Positions 10,596-21,101 of a DNA stretch of 64,000 bases are shown here, one piece after another. Location: positions 448,001 through 512,000 of the forward strand of contig CAVXZB010000084.1 in the NCBI GenBank assembly GCA_963765895.1, read 5' to 3'. Made by a program: the position numbers and the translations under genes. Under the pieces are notes generated by a model, which was given only the letters and a program-made list of their open reading frames with translations, did no database searches and had not been told where the DNA came from. Within the stretch, counting starts at the first letter, position 1, and each line of letters starts with the position of its first letter. The DNA is from an uncultured Nitrososphaeraceae archaeon (GTDB lineage: Archaea > Thermoproteota > Nitrososphaeria > Nitrososphaerales > Nitrososphaeraceae).

Positions 10596-12443
10596 TTAAT
10601 GTGTTACTTTGTCTCCTGACTTACTCAAGAATATATTAAAGGTAAAGGTGGCTCCCATACTCTTACCATTTCCATCTAGAGAAGGATTGTTCAAAGCCCA
10701 AATCTTGCCTCCATGGGCTTCAATGATGCTCTTTGAGATGAATAATCCTAATCCGGTGCCTGCATTAGATTTCGCAACAAATTTTGTAAACAGCCTAGTC
10801 ATTATTTCAGGATCTATTCCCGACCCCGTATCCTTTACACTTACTAAAGCCTTATTATCTTGTTCTTTTTCTATTTCTGCTTTAATTGTTATACTACCGT
10901 GCGTAGTGAACTTGACTGCATTGCCTACTAAATTAGAAATAACTTGGGTTAAACGGTTCTTATCCCCTTCTATCCGAATAACCTTGTTCTGTCCTTCATG
11001 GATTAACTTGACATCGCTATCAGATCTTTCAATTTCGTTTCTATAGTCGTGTACTATGTCTGATATTACTTCATTGAGATTGAATGTCTCTAAATTGAGT
11101 CGTAATGAGCCGCTTTCGATTCGAGTAACATCCAGTATATCACTTGTTAATCTTTGAAGTCTTGATGCATTTCTAGATATCGCCTGTATCATTTCATCTC
11201 TTTTTTCAGGATGTCGTTGTATTAGTTTAGAGTAACCAAGAATTGCTTGAGTAGGCGTCTTCATTTCATGGCTTGCTATATTGATAAATTCATTTTGCAT
11301 TTTATCATGGATTTTCAATTGCTGGTTAGCTAGTGCAAGCTGTTTGTTAGATAGGGCAAGCTGTTGGTTTGATTCAGCTAGAGAATCATTTGCCGTTTTT
11401 AACTCACCTGTTCTTACTTTTACAATTGTCTCCAATCTCTTATTCCATGAAAAAACTAGAAATGCAATAATAAATGCTACTCCTCCAATTACTGTCACCA
11501 TCAATACTGTAAAATATTGCTGCTGAATAATTAGAGCACCTACATCACTTGCAACGTTATGCTGTGCACTAATATATAAAATCAGAAAATCCTTACCATT
11601 AACTGCGACAGGCTGGTATGCAATTGTATTTACTTTACCGTTAATAGGAATATCTTTTGAGCCAGTATTTCCATGCAATGAATTTCTTATCAAGTCATTT
11701 AGGAGATTCTTTGAATCAGAAGAATGTAATGAAGACGCGAGCAGAGATTGAAATTTATCTCCAAAAATGTTTTCGCCAGCATATTGCTGGGTACCAGTAG
11801 TGTAAAGAATTGTTCCTTTTCTATCTAGTAGCCCGATAGTGCTATTAAATTGCGGATATAATTGATCTTTTAAAAAATTGCCTAAGGTTCCTAGTCTAAT
11901 CGAAGTAACCACTACACCTGTAAGTATGCCTTTGCCGTGGTTGTTACCGGTGCCTGTCTTGTTAAGGACTGGGTATGATATGTATAATCTTGGAATTTTG
12001 TCATTTGATTCTATTAAACTGCTGTAGTATACTGTGTGAGTTTGTTTTGGTATAGTAAAGTATGGCCTGTAACTTAGGTCTGCACCTTTATATTTTTGAT
12101 ATGCATTTTGATTAATATTACTTATCCAATTTATCTTGCCATCTTTATTAAGCCACATGTAAAAGTCAGTAAAATCACTTGAAGAGTTCTGTCTAGTGTT
12201 AATGACAGTATCAGCTCGTTTGTATTCATTATTGTGAATGGCAGGAGAATCAGCAAGTGTTTGTAATAGAGCACCAACAGTTTGCAACTTGTTTGTTAAT
12301 ATTTGTGATATGTCGTGTGCTTCAATCCTTGTGTTTGATCTTACTTCACCTGAAGCAATATCAACTATCCTGTTAGAAGTAAGAACTGAATATTGATATG
12401 AAAAAATTGATATACCTAGTACAACAGCAGCAACGCTGGCCAT
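10596..12443 (-). CDS. Membrane sensor histidine kinase (extracellular Cache-like, HisKA, HATPase)
   Basis: ASHEMKTP H-box, NLVGNAVKF, DTGSG, GTGLGL; YRPYF Cache-like motif; start probably slightly upstream. Confidence 0.95.
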   Translation of the reverse strand: MASVAAVVLGISIFSYQYSVLTSNRIVDIASGEVRSNTRIEAHDISQILTNKLQTVGALLQTLADSPAIHNNEYKRADTVINTRQNSSSDFTDFYMWLNKDGKINWISNINQNAYQKYKGADLSYRPYFTIPKQTHTVYYSSLIESNDKIPRLYISYPVLNKTGTGNNHGKGILTGVVVTSIRLGTLGNFLKDQLYPQFNSTIGLLDRKGTILYTTGTQQYAGENIFGDKFQSLLASSLHSSDSKNLLNDLIRNSLHGNTGSKDIPINGKVNTIAYQPVAVNGKDFLILYISAQHNVASDVGALIIQQQYFTVLMVTVIGGVAFIIAFLVFSWNKRLETIVKVRTGELKTANDSLAESNQQLALSNKQLALANQQLKIHDKMQNEFINIASHEMKTPTQAILGYSKLIQRHPEKRDEMIQAISRNASRLQRLTSDILDVTRIESGSLRLNLETFNLNEVISDIVHDYRNEIERSDSDVKLIHEGQNKVIRIEGDKNRLTQVISNLVGNAVKFTTHGSITIKAEIEKEQDNKALVSVKDTGSGIDPEIMTRLFTKFVAKSNAGTGLGLFISKSIIEAHGGKIWALNNPSLDGNGKSMGATFTFNIFLSKSGDKVTH

Positions 12444-12529
12444 TATAATAATATTAGTTTTACCAGTATGCCATTTTTTAATGGAAAGCCACTCCTTTAT
12501 TCATCCAATCTCAGTCAGATTAATAATAA

Positions 12530-12907
12530 TTATTCCCGCCTGCCATACAATACTGTGTCCATATGTTCTAAGAGCTCTTCATTTGTTATAGGCTTCCGAA
12601 TAAAACAGTTAACAGGAAGAGAAGAAAATATATCAGAATATGACCCATAATACATTTCTCCAGCTGTAAGAAAGCATACTTTCATCTTATCATCACGTTT
12701 CTTAATCTCTCTATAAAAAGAAAAACCACTCATTTCTGGCATCTTGATGTCAAGAATTAATAGATCATAGAAATTGGGTTTGAAGTTCTCTAAAGCAAGG
12801 AAAGGATTCTCGTATGAATCAACAATGAAACCATTTTGTTCTAATATCTCATGCAATGCGGTATTGGTGTCAGCCTCATCATCGACTACTAGAATTCTTT
12901 TTGACAT
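12530..12907 (-). CDS. Stand-alone response regulator (REC)
   Basis: VVDDE, LDIKMPEMSG, FLTA, RKP. Confidence 0.93.
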   Translation of the reverse strand: MSKRILVVDDEADTNTALHEILEQNGFIVDSYENPFLALENFKPNFYDLLILDIKMPEMSGFSFYREIKKRDDKMKVCFLTAGEMYYGSYSDIFSSLPVNCFIRKPITNEELLEHMDTVLYGRRE

Positions 12908-12988
12908 TTTGTTTATAATTTCCCTTTTAGTTTTACAATTGCTTCTTCATTTCGACATTATTATTGAATTACATGATGTTTATTTTTG

Positions 12989-13141
12989 CTATGTACTCGC
13001 AAGAGCTGACTTTAGCGGCCTATATATGCAAGCTTTTATCTTCATGTCTGGTATATTGCAAGCTGTAAAGTGCCAAGCAGTCTCAAGTCCAAATACAGCT
13101 ATTATAAATCCTATTGCTGGATATATCGAATACTCAAACAC
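12989..13141 (-). CDS. 50-aa single-TM micro-protein (not in the ORF track)
   Basis: GTG-start ORF VFEYSIYPAIGFIIAVFGLETAWHFTACNIPDMKIKACIYRPLKSALAST. Confidence 0.5.
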   Translation of the reverse strand: MFEYSIYPAIGFIIAVFGLETAWHFTACNIPDMKIKACIYRPLKSALAST

Positions 13142-13378
13142 AAAAGTCCATTATGTATTGTGCTTATTTTACTTTAGTAGACAATAATTTTGATAAATAA
13201 TAAACATTCTTTATATGCTGGGTGTAACAAAACAGGCCCATTGTATCAAGCTTGCAACTCGTATTCCAAGATTAGATTGAGTTGATTTATTCAATTGTGA
13301 ATTAATCCTCAGTCGTATCTAAATCTCATCTATTTTAATCAGTAGGTTTGCCTGGTCCGATTAACAAGTGCAATCTAA

Positions 13379-13640
13379 CTAGTCTTTTGCCCATTTCTTC
13401 ATCCAGTTAAATAGAGAGATAAAGATCCTGTCAATTCTTGCCCTTTAGTAGTGAATCTATATTTTACTGTGGGTGGATTTCATAATATCTCTGTGTTTCT
13501 AGAATTTCGCTTTAGGAAGTGCCTTTAGTCCTCTCGCCAAGGTTCTGCTAATGCCTATTTCAACATATTCTGAATTCTAAATTTCCAACAGGTGTGGTAG
13601 TACAACGTAATGGGAAGAATATCAAATGTTTGTCCCTTGT
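13379..13640 (-). pseudogene. HxlR-family wHTH regulator remnant
   Basis: Fragments GISRTLAxxLK, YYEIxPxVxY, TTKGQEL, LFNWMKKW in broken frames. Confidence 0.6.
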
Positions 13641-13834
13641 AGCATATAGTTTAGCTGTTCCTTATAATCAATCTGGATCCAATTATCCGGAACAGGAAGG
13701 AAATTTCATGAATCAAGATCTGTAAGCCAATGGCTTGGACTATTAATAATATATTCAAATATGATGTTACGAATAAAGATGTGACACTCATATATATCAT
13801 AGAAACCAGGCAGTAAGTGAGTTAGACACGTACT

Positions 13835-14419
13835 ATGATCAGAGAAATCATCACACCCGATAAAGTTCACAATGTTATTAATGAAATAGCGGAATCACAG
13901 TATGGTTCTCATTATAGTATAGTTTATCATAATCTAAATGTCTTGAGAAATATGTATCCACCACTAATAAGACAACACCTGGAAGCTAAAAACGATGTGG
14001 TTCTTTTCTTGCCATTTTATGATTCTACAGAGCGAGCTAGGCAGGTTTTATCAAAAAATAAGGTTGATGTTAACAAATGCGAGAACAAAGAGGAATCGCT
14101 AATTATAATGGATGCCAGTAAGGCATATTTTGGATCCTCGACAGACATTGTCTCATTTATTGCCTCATTAACCAAACTTGTCAAGGAAACAGGTAAAAAT
14201 GGTCTATCAGTATTTGAAGATATGGGTCCATTCTTTTATTATAATAAACTAAATGACTTATTAAGATATGAAGCTTCGCTATCCTCATCATACAGACCTT
14301 GGATTAAAGCTAAAGCATTCTGTCTTTACAACAAACTAGACTACAATCGCTTTGTAATAAAACAAAAGAAAACGATATCAAGAAATCATAATAAGCAGGT
14401 GGATACGATTGCTGAATAA
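13835..14419 (+). CDS. MEDS-domain-like sensory protein
   Basis: H-x3-Y N-terminus, GLSVFEDMG, YE, FCLY pattern. Confidence 0.7.
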   Translation: MIREIITPDKVHNVINEIAESQYGSHYSIVYHNLNVLRNMYPPLIRQHLEAKNDVVLFLPFYDSTERARQVLSKNKVDVNKCENKEESLIIMDASKAYFGSSTDIVSFIASLTKLVKETGKNGLSVFEDMGPFFYYNKLNDLLRYEASLSSSYRPWIKAKAFCLYNKLDYNRFVIKQKKTISRNHNKQVDTIAE

Positions 14420-14538
14420 TATTAATAATCATTCCTTTTACTCGACCAAGATAAAATAAAACAGAACTTAATACTTCTTATCTTATGATTTGAATTCCTT
14501 TTGCAGTATAATAAGTAAACAGAATGATTTAGTTCATA

Positions 14539-15147
14539 TTATTTTAAAGACAGCATTTTTTTATATTCAATATCGTTCTCAAGAGATATCATTTGTTCTT
14601 CCTTTCTTGTCTTTAGCACCGTCATTAACTCTGATTCAAGAATATGGGGGATTTTACAAATCTTATTTTCTACTATTTCTCTCGTCTGGTTTAGATCCTT
14701 GGCTCGAATCTTTAACATTAAGTCAAATTTACTATGCATTTCATGCATTTCCAAGACTTCCTCGATTTTTAAAATATCGGATATAATTTGATCTGCAGAA
14801 CCCGGAGAAATATTTATTCCCATAAACGACATGTGATCGTATCCCAGAAGATCATTATCTACCGAGATTGTAAATTTGTTGATAATGCCTGCTGCAATCA
14901 TTCTTCTAACTCTTATATGCACGGTTGCATCTGAAACACCAATTCGTTTTGCTACATCAACAAATGGTGTTGAAGAGTCTTTATTTAAAATGTCGATAAT
15001 TTTAAGATTAATATCATCAATCTGCTGAGATATTCGAACATCATTATCTATTTTGGTACTGGCAAACATGAGGTTAATATCATTAGCTTTGTTCAAACAA
15101 ACAATAAAAGTATTTGTAATTACAACAGAAATTTGCAAGGAATTCAA
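14539..15147 (-). CDS. Lrp/AsnC transcriptional regulator
   Basis: IDDINLKIIDILNKDS...AKRIGVSDATVHIRVRRM, RAM domain; true start probably downstream of the listed one. Confidence 0.93.
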   Translation of the reverse strand: MNSLQISVVITNTFIVCLNKANDINLMFASTKIDNDVRISQQIDDINLKIIDILNKDSSTPFVDVAKRIGVSDATVHIRVRRMIAAGIINKFTISVDNDLLGYDHMSFMGINISPGSADQIISDILKIEEVLEMHEMHSKFDLMLKIRAKDLNQTREIVENKICKIPHILESELMTVLKTRKEEQMISLENDIEYKKMLSLK

Positions 15148-15549
15148 TATTCATACAAGGCTTTCCATAATATGTATAATTTCCAATCAGTATTAGGCCT
15201 AGATTAGTATTACACAGAGTTTTTGATTTTTCGAACCACGGGAAAAGGAGGCCTTTCAATCGATCTACTATAGGATGAGATTAGATTAAAAAATGATTTC
15301 AAAAACCTTCAGATAGATTAATTCAAAATTCCTTGATAAAGATCCTTAGAAATAAAATATATCGCAATGTGACAATATTGATAATATACCTTAATTTAAT
15401 TATTTTAACCAACTAGAATCGCCTCGATGATATATCGAATCAAAATTTGTTATTATCAATTAATTGCCTATCATTTTTTTCATTACTTTACTGATTTAAT
15501 CAAAGAAGGCATTAAATAATTCTGTCTTATTAGCACTAGTTAAAATGAG

Positions 15550-15912
15550 ATGTTCCTCATAGTCGATGATGATTGTGATATTGTATTGATAATCAAGAGT
15601 AGTTTAAAGAAAGCAGGTCTTTCGGTGTCATCTTTTACTGATCCGTTAATGGCCTTGGAAAAGTTTATGCAAACACCATCATCCGATTATGATCTTGTAA
15701 TCTCGGATATCCGAATGCCACATCTTAATGGCTATGAATTTGTACGGCAAATCAAAAAGATAAAACCCACCATGAAGATTTTGCTTATGAATGCATTTGA
15801 GTATGAATATTCTGCTTTTCAAAAGGGTTTTTCATCATCAGATGTAAAGGGATATATGGAAAAACCTGTATCATTACATAAATTAAATCAGATGGTACTT
15901 GCACTAGTATAG
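15550..15912 (+). CDS. Orphan stand-alone response regulator (REC)
   Basis: IVDDD, ISDIRMPHLNG, EKP. Confidence 0.9.
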   Translation: MFLIVDDDCDIVLIIKSSLKKAGLSVSSFTDPLMALEKFMQTPSSDYDLVISDIRMPHLNGYEFVRQIKKIKPTMKILLMNAFEYEYSAFQKGFSSSDVKGYMEKPVSLHKLNQMVLALV

Positions 15913-16036
15913 CAAGACTTCACATTCTTATAATTTTTAAAGGATATACTTAGTTGTCATTCTTCGCATTAATATGGAAAGACAATAAACAATATGACAT
16001 AATAAATGCCATATTTAATTTGCTATTGGGGGTATT

Positions 16037-16396
16037 GTGGAAGAAATCGATGATACATTTACAAAGAGCATATTTATGGATGACTAAGGCATGGAATGAT
16101 CATAACAAAAGAAATTCTTTCTCTTTACTCTGAGAATTATATTCCGTACTCCTAAACTAAAATCAATGTATCCTAGCCTGATTTCAGCAACAAAAATAAA
16201 CAAGAAAGATTTGGAATATTTCCTCAGATTTAAAGAAATTTCTAATGTTATACTTCATACCAACAGACTATTTCTTGAATAAATATTCGAATATAATGCA
16301 ACCCTTGATAAGAAAATATAATGGTCTGCATTCGAAAAATTTGAATTCAACAATGATGGACTGATCGAAAAATCTAATGTATATTATGGTGCGTAA
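16037..16396 (+). pseudogene. SnoaL/NTF2-like remnant
   Basis: Fragments KAWNDHN, ILSLYSE, FRTPK, EKFEFNNDGLIEKSNVYYGA. Confidence 0.55.
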
Positions 16397-16665
16397 GATT
16401 GCAGAAGGAACGTTTAAGGTAATAAGATGTCTATTGAAAAAGGCCTGATTTGATAATACGTTACTCATATTCAATTGATCTACAGTTTGTTTTCAATTGG
16501 ACTGTACAAGTATGTTTATCTTACAACCGACTTACAATTAAATATGAGCTAGTATTTTCATTTGTCAAAATTAATACGAGATTAAATCGATTCACTGTTA
16601 TTAGGCTTCTGCGGTAATAGGTCATTAGTAACAATTGCCATGAATAATTATTGAAGGACTGACTG

Positions 16666-17037
16666 TTAAGTAGGCAATTTCTTTTTGACCGATTCCATCT
16701 TGTCTTCGAAGGTATGTGAGGCGTCAATTCTTTCATCTATACGTATTGTAGATATGATTCTTTTAATTCCAGTATCCTTTACAGCTTTATGTGCTAATTC
16801 GACTGCTCTAAGAATATTTGATAAATTTTCTGATTCTATTTGTGTTCCCATGGGGGTAAGAATGGTTTTTAGACCCTCCACCTTAGAGATTGCATCAAAT
16901 GCTACTGCAATTTCTCTACTCATACCAGTCTCCTCTCGGTCGTCTGGTGCAGAAGGAATTCGTGAGCCAATGGGTATTAGGCTAACTTCGGCATGTACCA
17001 ATATTTTACGTACATTTTCCTTGTTAGTGAGTTCCAT
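16666..17037 (-). CDS. MTH1187/YkoF thiamine-binding family protein
   Basis: AEVSLIPIG, LTPMGTQIE, STIRIDER. Confidence 0.9.
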   Translation of the reverse strand: MELTNKENVRKILVHAEVSLIPIGSRIPSAPDDREETGMSREIAVAFDAISKVEGLKTILTPMGTQIESENLSNILRAVELAHKAVKDTGIKRIISTIRIDERIDASHTFEDKMESVKKKLPT

Positions 17038-17164
17038 ACCACATTATCTTGTGATATCGATCCTATAAGCGTTAATTCATGAAACTTGTCAGATTCTGAA
17101 ACTTAATATTTGATATAGACCAGTTATGGAAGTGGTATATGTTCAATACGAGTAGGCTATAGCT

Positions 17165-17662
17165 ATGGTTGAAATTGATCAAATACTTATGTCAAATGAG
17201 AAGTATTCAAATGACTTTAAGTATGCAACACTATCGAGCTCACCTGTAAGAAAACTAGCAGTACTCGCATGTATGGATACTAGAATAAATGTGGAGAATG
17301 TGCTTGGATTAAATGTAGGAGAAGCGCACATTATCAGAAACGCCGGTGGTATAGCTACAGACGATGCTATACGTTCTCTTATTATTTCACACGAGCTTCT
17401 GGGAACGAAAGAATTTATTGTTTTGAATCATACAGATTGTGGGTTGCTCAAATTTACTGACAATGATCTTCAGAAGCAATTAACAGACAAATACAATACC
17501 GATGCAAGTGAAGTGGAATTCCATTCGTTTCCAAATCTCGAACAAAATGTCAGGGATCAGGTAAAAAAGATAAAATCTACGCCTTTCTTTTCTCCAGACA
17601 TATCAGTCTTTGGATTCATATATGATGTCAAAACTGGTAAAATCATTAGAATATCCAACTAG
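17165..17662 (+). CDS. Beta-class carbonic anhydrase
   Basis: CMDTR, RNAGG, HTDCG zinc ligands, YDVKTG. Confidence 0.95.
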   Translation: MVEIDQILMSNEKYSNDFKYATLSSSPVRKLAVLACMDTRINVENVLGLNVGEAHIIRNAGGIATDDAIRSLIISHELLGTKEFIVLNHTDCGLLKFTDNDLQKQLTDKYNTDASEVEFHSFPNLEQNVRDQVKKIKSTPFFSPDISVFGFIYDVKTGKIIRISN

Positions 17663-17787
17663 GAAAGTCAAATCTAAAACACTAGATAATGCTGCAAAAA
17701 AATTAAGATTGGATATCTCAGTTAAGGGAGTGGTCAAATCGTCTATTTTTGTTATCATTCATGAGTAGAATATTTTCCCTGTTTACG

Positions 17788-18375
17788 TTATTCCTCAAGA
17801 GAGACTTCCACTGGGTTGGATTGTTGGAGATTATATCAAACACAGGCGATCTTTTTTGTGCAAGCTCCACGAGTTCTCTTACTTTTCTTTTGGAGCGTTA
17901 GACTTAACTTTGAATGTGACTTTGATTTTCTCGTATCCATTTCTAACTTTCTCGGACGTCCAAGAAGGCCTTGGATATCGATGTCTCCCCGCTAGGATTG
18001 ACTCTACCTCATCTATCTTTACTCCTTGAGCGGCTGCATGATAGATCAGAGTAGTAGTTAAGCAACCATTTAAAGCTGCTAGAGTGCACTCTGCCGGATT
18101 GGGTCCGTGATTTTCCCCAATAAAATTGGTGGTTCATCTTTATCGAGCATGAAAGGATGACTCTACTGTGAGTCTGGCAGAAACCATAAAAGTCATTTAT
18201 AGTCGTTTGGTATGCCCACCATTAATCCATTTTCCTTTTGCACGGAAATTGAATTGTAAAATCATGGGATTACTCGTTATTGCCTCCACTGCTCCAGACA
18301 ACTTTGTAACATTTACGCCATTCACGATTTGTCGATCCCTTTAATCCCGCGTTCTCCTCTTGGTTGTTTATTCAT
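17788..18375 (-). pseudogene. OsmC-family protein, multiply frameshifted
   Basis: Fragments VNGVNV, DEPPILLG, GPNPAE, GCLTTTLIYHAAAQG, GDIDIQGLLG, RSPVFDII. Confidence 0.85.
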
Positions 18376-18673
18376 AGTCTGAATATCATGATAAACATTG
18401 TATAAGGTAGCTGTTGTTTGCTGCCATGGTATCATCTAATATAGTTAGTATATATCTATCGACGAAATCTACAAAATGAGTTGGAAGTAAGAAAATATGA
18501 TGAAAACTGCATCTCCACCATCTAAATTCCATTACTGATAAGATAACTCGTCCAAATATGAAAAAATAGCAGCTTTTTATTATCTCATCCATTTAACAGC
18601 AAACTACTTCTAATTTAATTTAAATATACATAGGATTTTTATAATAGGATAATCGTGACTGGTCTCTTTACTA

Positions 18674-19444
18674 CTAGTTTAGAAAAAGCTTGTGAACATT
18701 TTCTTTGGTAACATGTAGCTTGTGGACCTCGTCGCCAGTTAATAAAAAGATCTGATCATGCAGTTGGAATAGGTCTAAGATATTTTTTACACCTGAGTTT
18801 AACAGAGTTGCAGTCCTATAAGTACAATATGTCAGGCCTGGTATTCGATTATTGTTATAGGCTTCTTCAATAGTTAAGGCTTGCCTCAAGGAGGCACTTG
18901 CTACATCGTTTATCAGAAAATCTAGACAGCATACCTGCCTATTATTTGAGTGTTTAGCCAAATTTTCTATTACTCTTCCACAATATTTTATAATATTTTT
19001 TTGACCATGAATCTGACTTCGTTTTTGTTGTTGCTCTAGTGGTTGTAGTAGGACATAATGCTTGTCCTTGTCTTGGCTGTTTACTGATTCTGTTGCAGTG
19101 GTATTAGTACGAGCATAATAGTAGGGCATAGTAGTTCCATCATACCATTTAAGTTTAGACAAAAATTGAGATGACTGGCTGCCCGGTGGACCACAAAAGC
19201 ATCTAAACAACTCAGCTTCTTTGGCAAGTCTATCCATAGATTTTAGCAACCCCATCATTGATTCATTATCTGAATAAATCACTAGGTGATGCTTTCTTGT
19301 AATCTGTGATTGCTGGTGTTTTAACCATATGTCTACTGCATCTTTTACTATTGAATTTATAGAAACACCTCTTTGATTAGCCATTTCTCCTAACTGCGTA
19401 TGTACCTTATCATCGAACCCTCTAATTATTAGATTGTGCGTCAC
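18674..19444 (-). CDS. Ribbon-helix-helix protein with C-terminal MEDS-like domain
   Basis: NLIIRGFDDKVHTQL..A..RGVSINSIVKDAV; C-terminal YCTY. Confidence 0.7.
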   Translation of the reverse strand: MTHNLIIRGFDDKVHTQLGEMANQRGVSINSIVKDAVDIWLKHQQSQITRKHHLVIYSDNESMMGLLKSMDRLAKEAELFRCFCGPPGSQSSQFLSKLKWYDGTTMPYYYARTNTTATESVNSQDKDKHYVLLQPLEQQQKRSQIHGQKNIIKYCGRVIENLAKHSNNRQVCCLDFLINDVASASLRQALTIEEAYNNNRIPGLTYCTYRTATLLNSGVKNILDLFQLHDQIFLLTGDEVHKLHVTKENVHKLFLN

Positions 19445-19460
19445 AAGAGCTATTAGGTAA

Positions 19461-19493
19461 ATTTATATTTATAGTTATCGATATCATGATATC
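19461..19493 (-). promoter_or_regulatory. TATA box plus 14-bp perfect palindrome GATATCATGATATC (candidate operator)
   Basis: Palindrome at 19480-19493 just upstream of TATAAATATAAAT on the minus strand. Confidence 0.4.
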
Positions 19494-19820
19494 ATAGATA
19501 GCTTGAGTTGTATTATCGTGTTATCTCTCGAAGAAAGATAGGGATAAATAGGAAATAAGCCGTACTATAAATCTGCTCTAGAATGATACAACTAAATTGG
19601 TACGAATTTTCAGAAAGAGTGACGTATATGATATATTAGATATATAAGACGTTCCCTTTTATCGAACTAAGTAAGCCTCTAGTGACGTCTAGGAATGTCA
19701 AAGTTAAAGTCTTAAATTCTAGCTTTAATACAGGGTTTTAAATTGTATTAGCTACTTTTTAATAACTGCAATGACGAATGATCTACACAAAAACTAGAGA
19801 TAGTTAATCGTGAATAAAGA

Positions 19821-21101
19821 ATGGTTCGAATTGCACATATTTCAGACACTCATCTCGGAAAACGGCCAAAGCGTGTAAGAAGAGGCATTATTAATGATCA
19901 AATAAGACCACTAGAAGACGATTTCTATCTCGCTTGGATGGAATTCGTGAACCAGGTTACACATAGCGACCGGAAACCAGACATTATTCTACATTGTGGC
20001 GATTTTTTTGATACCCCTTCTGGCAATGACTCTAGTCCTCCTCCTGAATATGCTAGAACTATTGCAGCCAAGACCTTTAAACAAATTTATGATGCGAAGA
20101 TACCGGTCGTCATTATAGATGGTAACCATGGACATTATATGGAATATAATACTTCTACGCTTAGTGAATACGCATATCTTTTTGATAATATTTACCTTTT
20201 TACACATTATGATATCAGAAAAGCGCTAAAAGAGAAGCAGCCTCTATTCTGCGATTTTCCCGAACTCGATTTAAGGATTTTGGCTCATCCAGTTGTTCCA
20301 GCAAGGTCTTTAAATTCACTGGAATTATACTCAATGTACGAAAAATGGATTTCTATTCAGAATAATAATCTTGCATCAAGTATGAACAACGTACTCATTG
20401 CCCACGGTATGACGTCGAATTATACTTTACATCCTAGTATACTAGACGGAAAATATAGTTACATTGCTCTTGGAGATGATCATAAAGCGCACAAAGTGAT
20501 AGATACTGCATGGTATTCCGGCTCTAGTCAAGTATGCAGCTTTAGCGAATGGAATGATAAAAAGGGATATTTGATCGCTGAAATAAAAGGAAAATCAGAC
20601 AATGTTAATGTTACATTCAATGAATTAGAATCCAACAGAAATATAGTTAATAAAAGTGTCAAAATCTTCCCGGAAGATACTTCCTCAATGGTCATTGCAA
20701 GAGTAAAAAGCGTGCTAGATTCTCATAACCTTAACATACATTACGACTATGAGACTGCTGCCAGAGTGCGAATAGTTTTGGAAGGTAGTAAGACTTATGG
20801 TTCATCTTTTAATATGGGCGAGATTGAATCGTATCTTAATAGGTTGACCCTAGATTCTGACGAATACAACATAGTCGAATTTATTTTAGATCGCCCTGTT
20901 AGTCAAGAGCAGTTACAGGTCAATGAAATAGAGACTATGAGTAGTATTGAATATTTAATAGATAACGCTGAAATAGAGTTTAAAGATTATATAAAGTCGG
21001 TAAGGGATCTGCAACTTAAAAAGGAGAACTTAGATCCAGATCTACTTGCCAAAATTTTTGTACTAACACTAAAAGGTAATGACAGTAATGAAAATACTTA
21101 G
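19821..21101 (+). CDS. Mre11/SbcD-like metallophosphoesterase nuclease
   Basis: HISDTHLG, GDFFD, GNH, AHG, YIALGDDH, YSGS. Confidence 0.9.
   Translation: MVRIAHISDTHLGKRPKRVRRGIINDQIRPLEDDFYLAWMEFVNQVTHSDRKPDIILHCGDFFDTPSGNDSSPPPEYARTIAAKTFKQIYDAKIPVVIIDGNHGHYMEYNTSTLSEYAYLFDNIYLFTHYDIRKALKEKQPLFCDFPELDLRILAHPVVPARSLNSLELYSMYEKWISIQNNNLASSMNNVLIAHGMTSNYTLHPSILDGKYSYIALGDDHKAHKVIDTAWYSGSSQVCSFSEWNDKKGYLIAEIKGKSDNVNVTFNELESNRNIVNKSVKIFPEDTSSMVIARVKSVLDSHNLNIHYDYETAARVRIVLEGSKTYGSSFNMGEIESYLNRLTLDSDEYNIVEFILDRPVSQEQLQVNEIETMSSIEYLIDNAEIEFKDYIKSVRDLQLKKENLDPDLLAKIFVLTLKGNDSNENT

Noticed and set aside
10609-11526. Plus-strand ORFs overlapping the kinase
   Set aside because: Antisense shadows of a well-supported gene
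12774-13187. Plus-strand 137-aa ORF
   Set aside because: Antisense to the REC gene and the micro-protein
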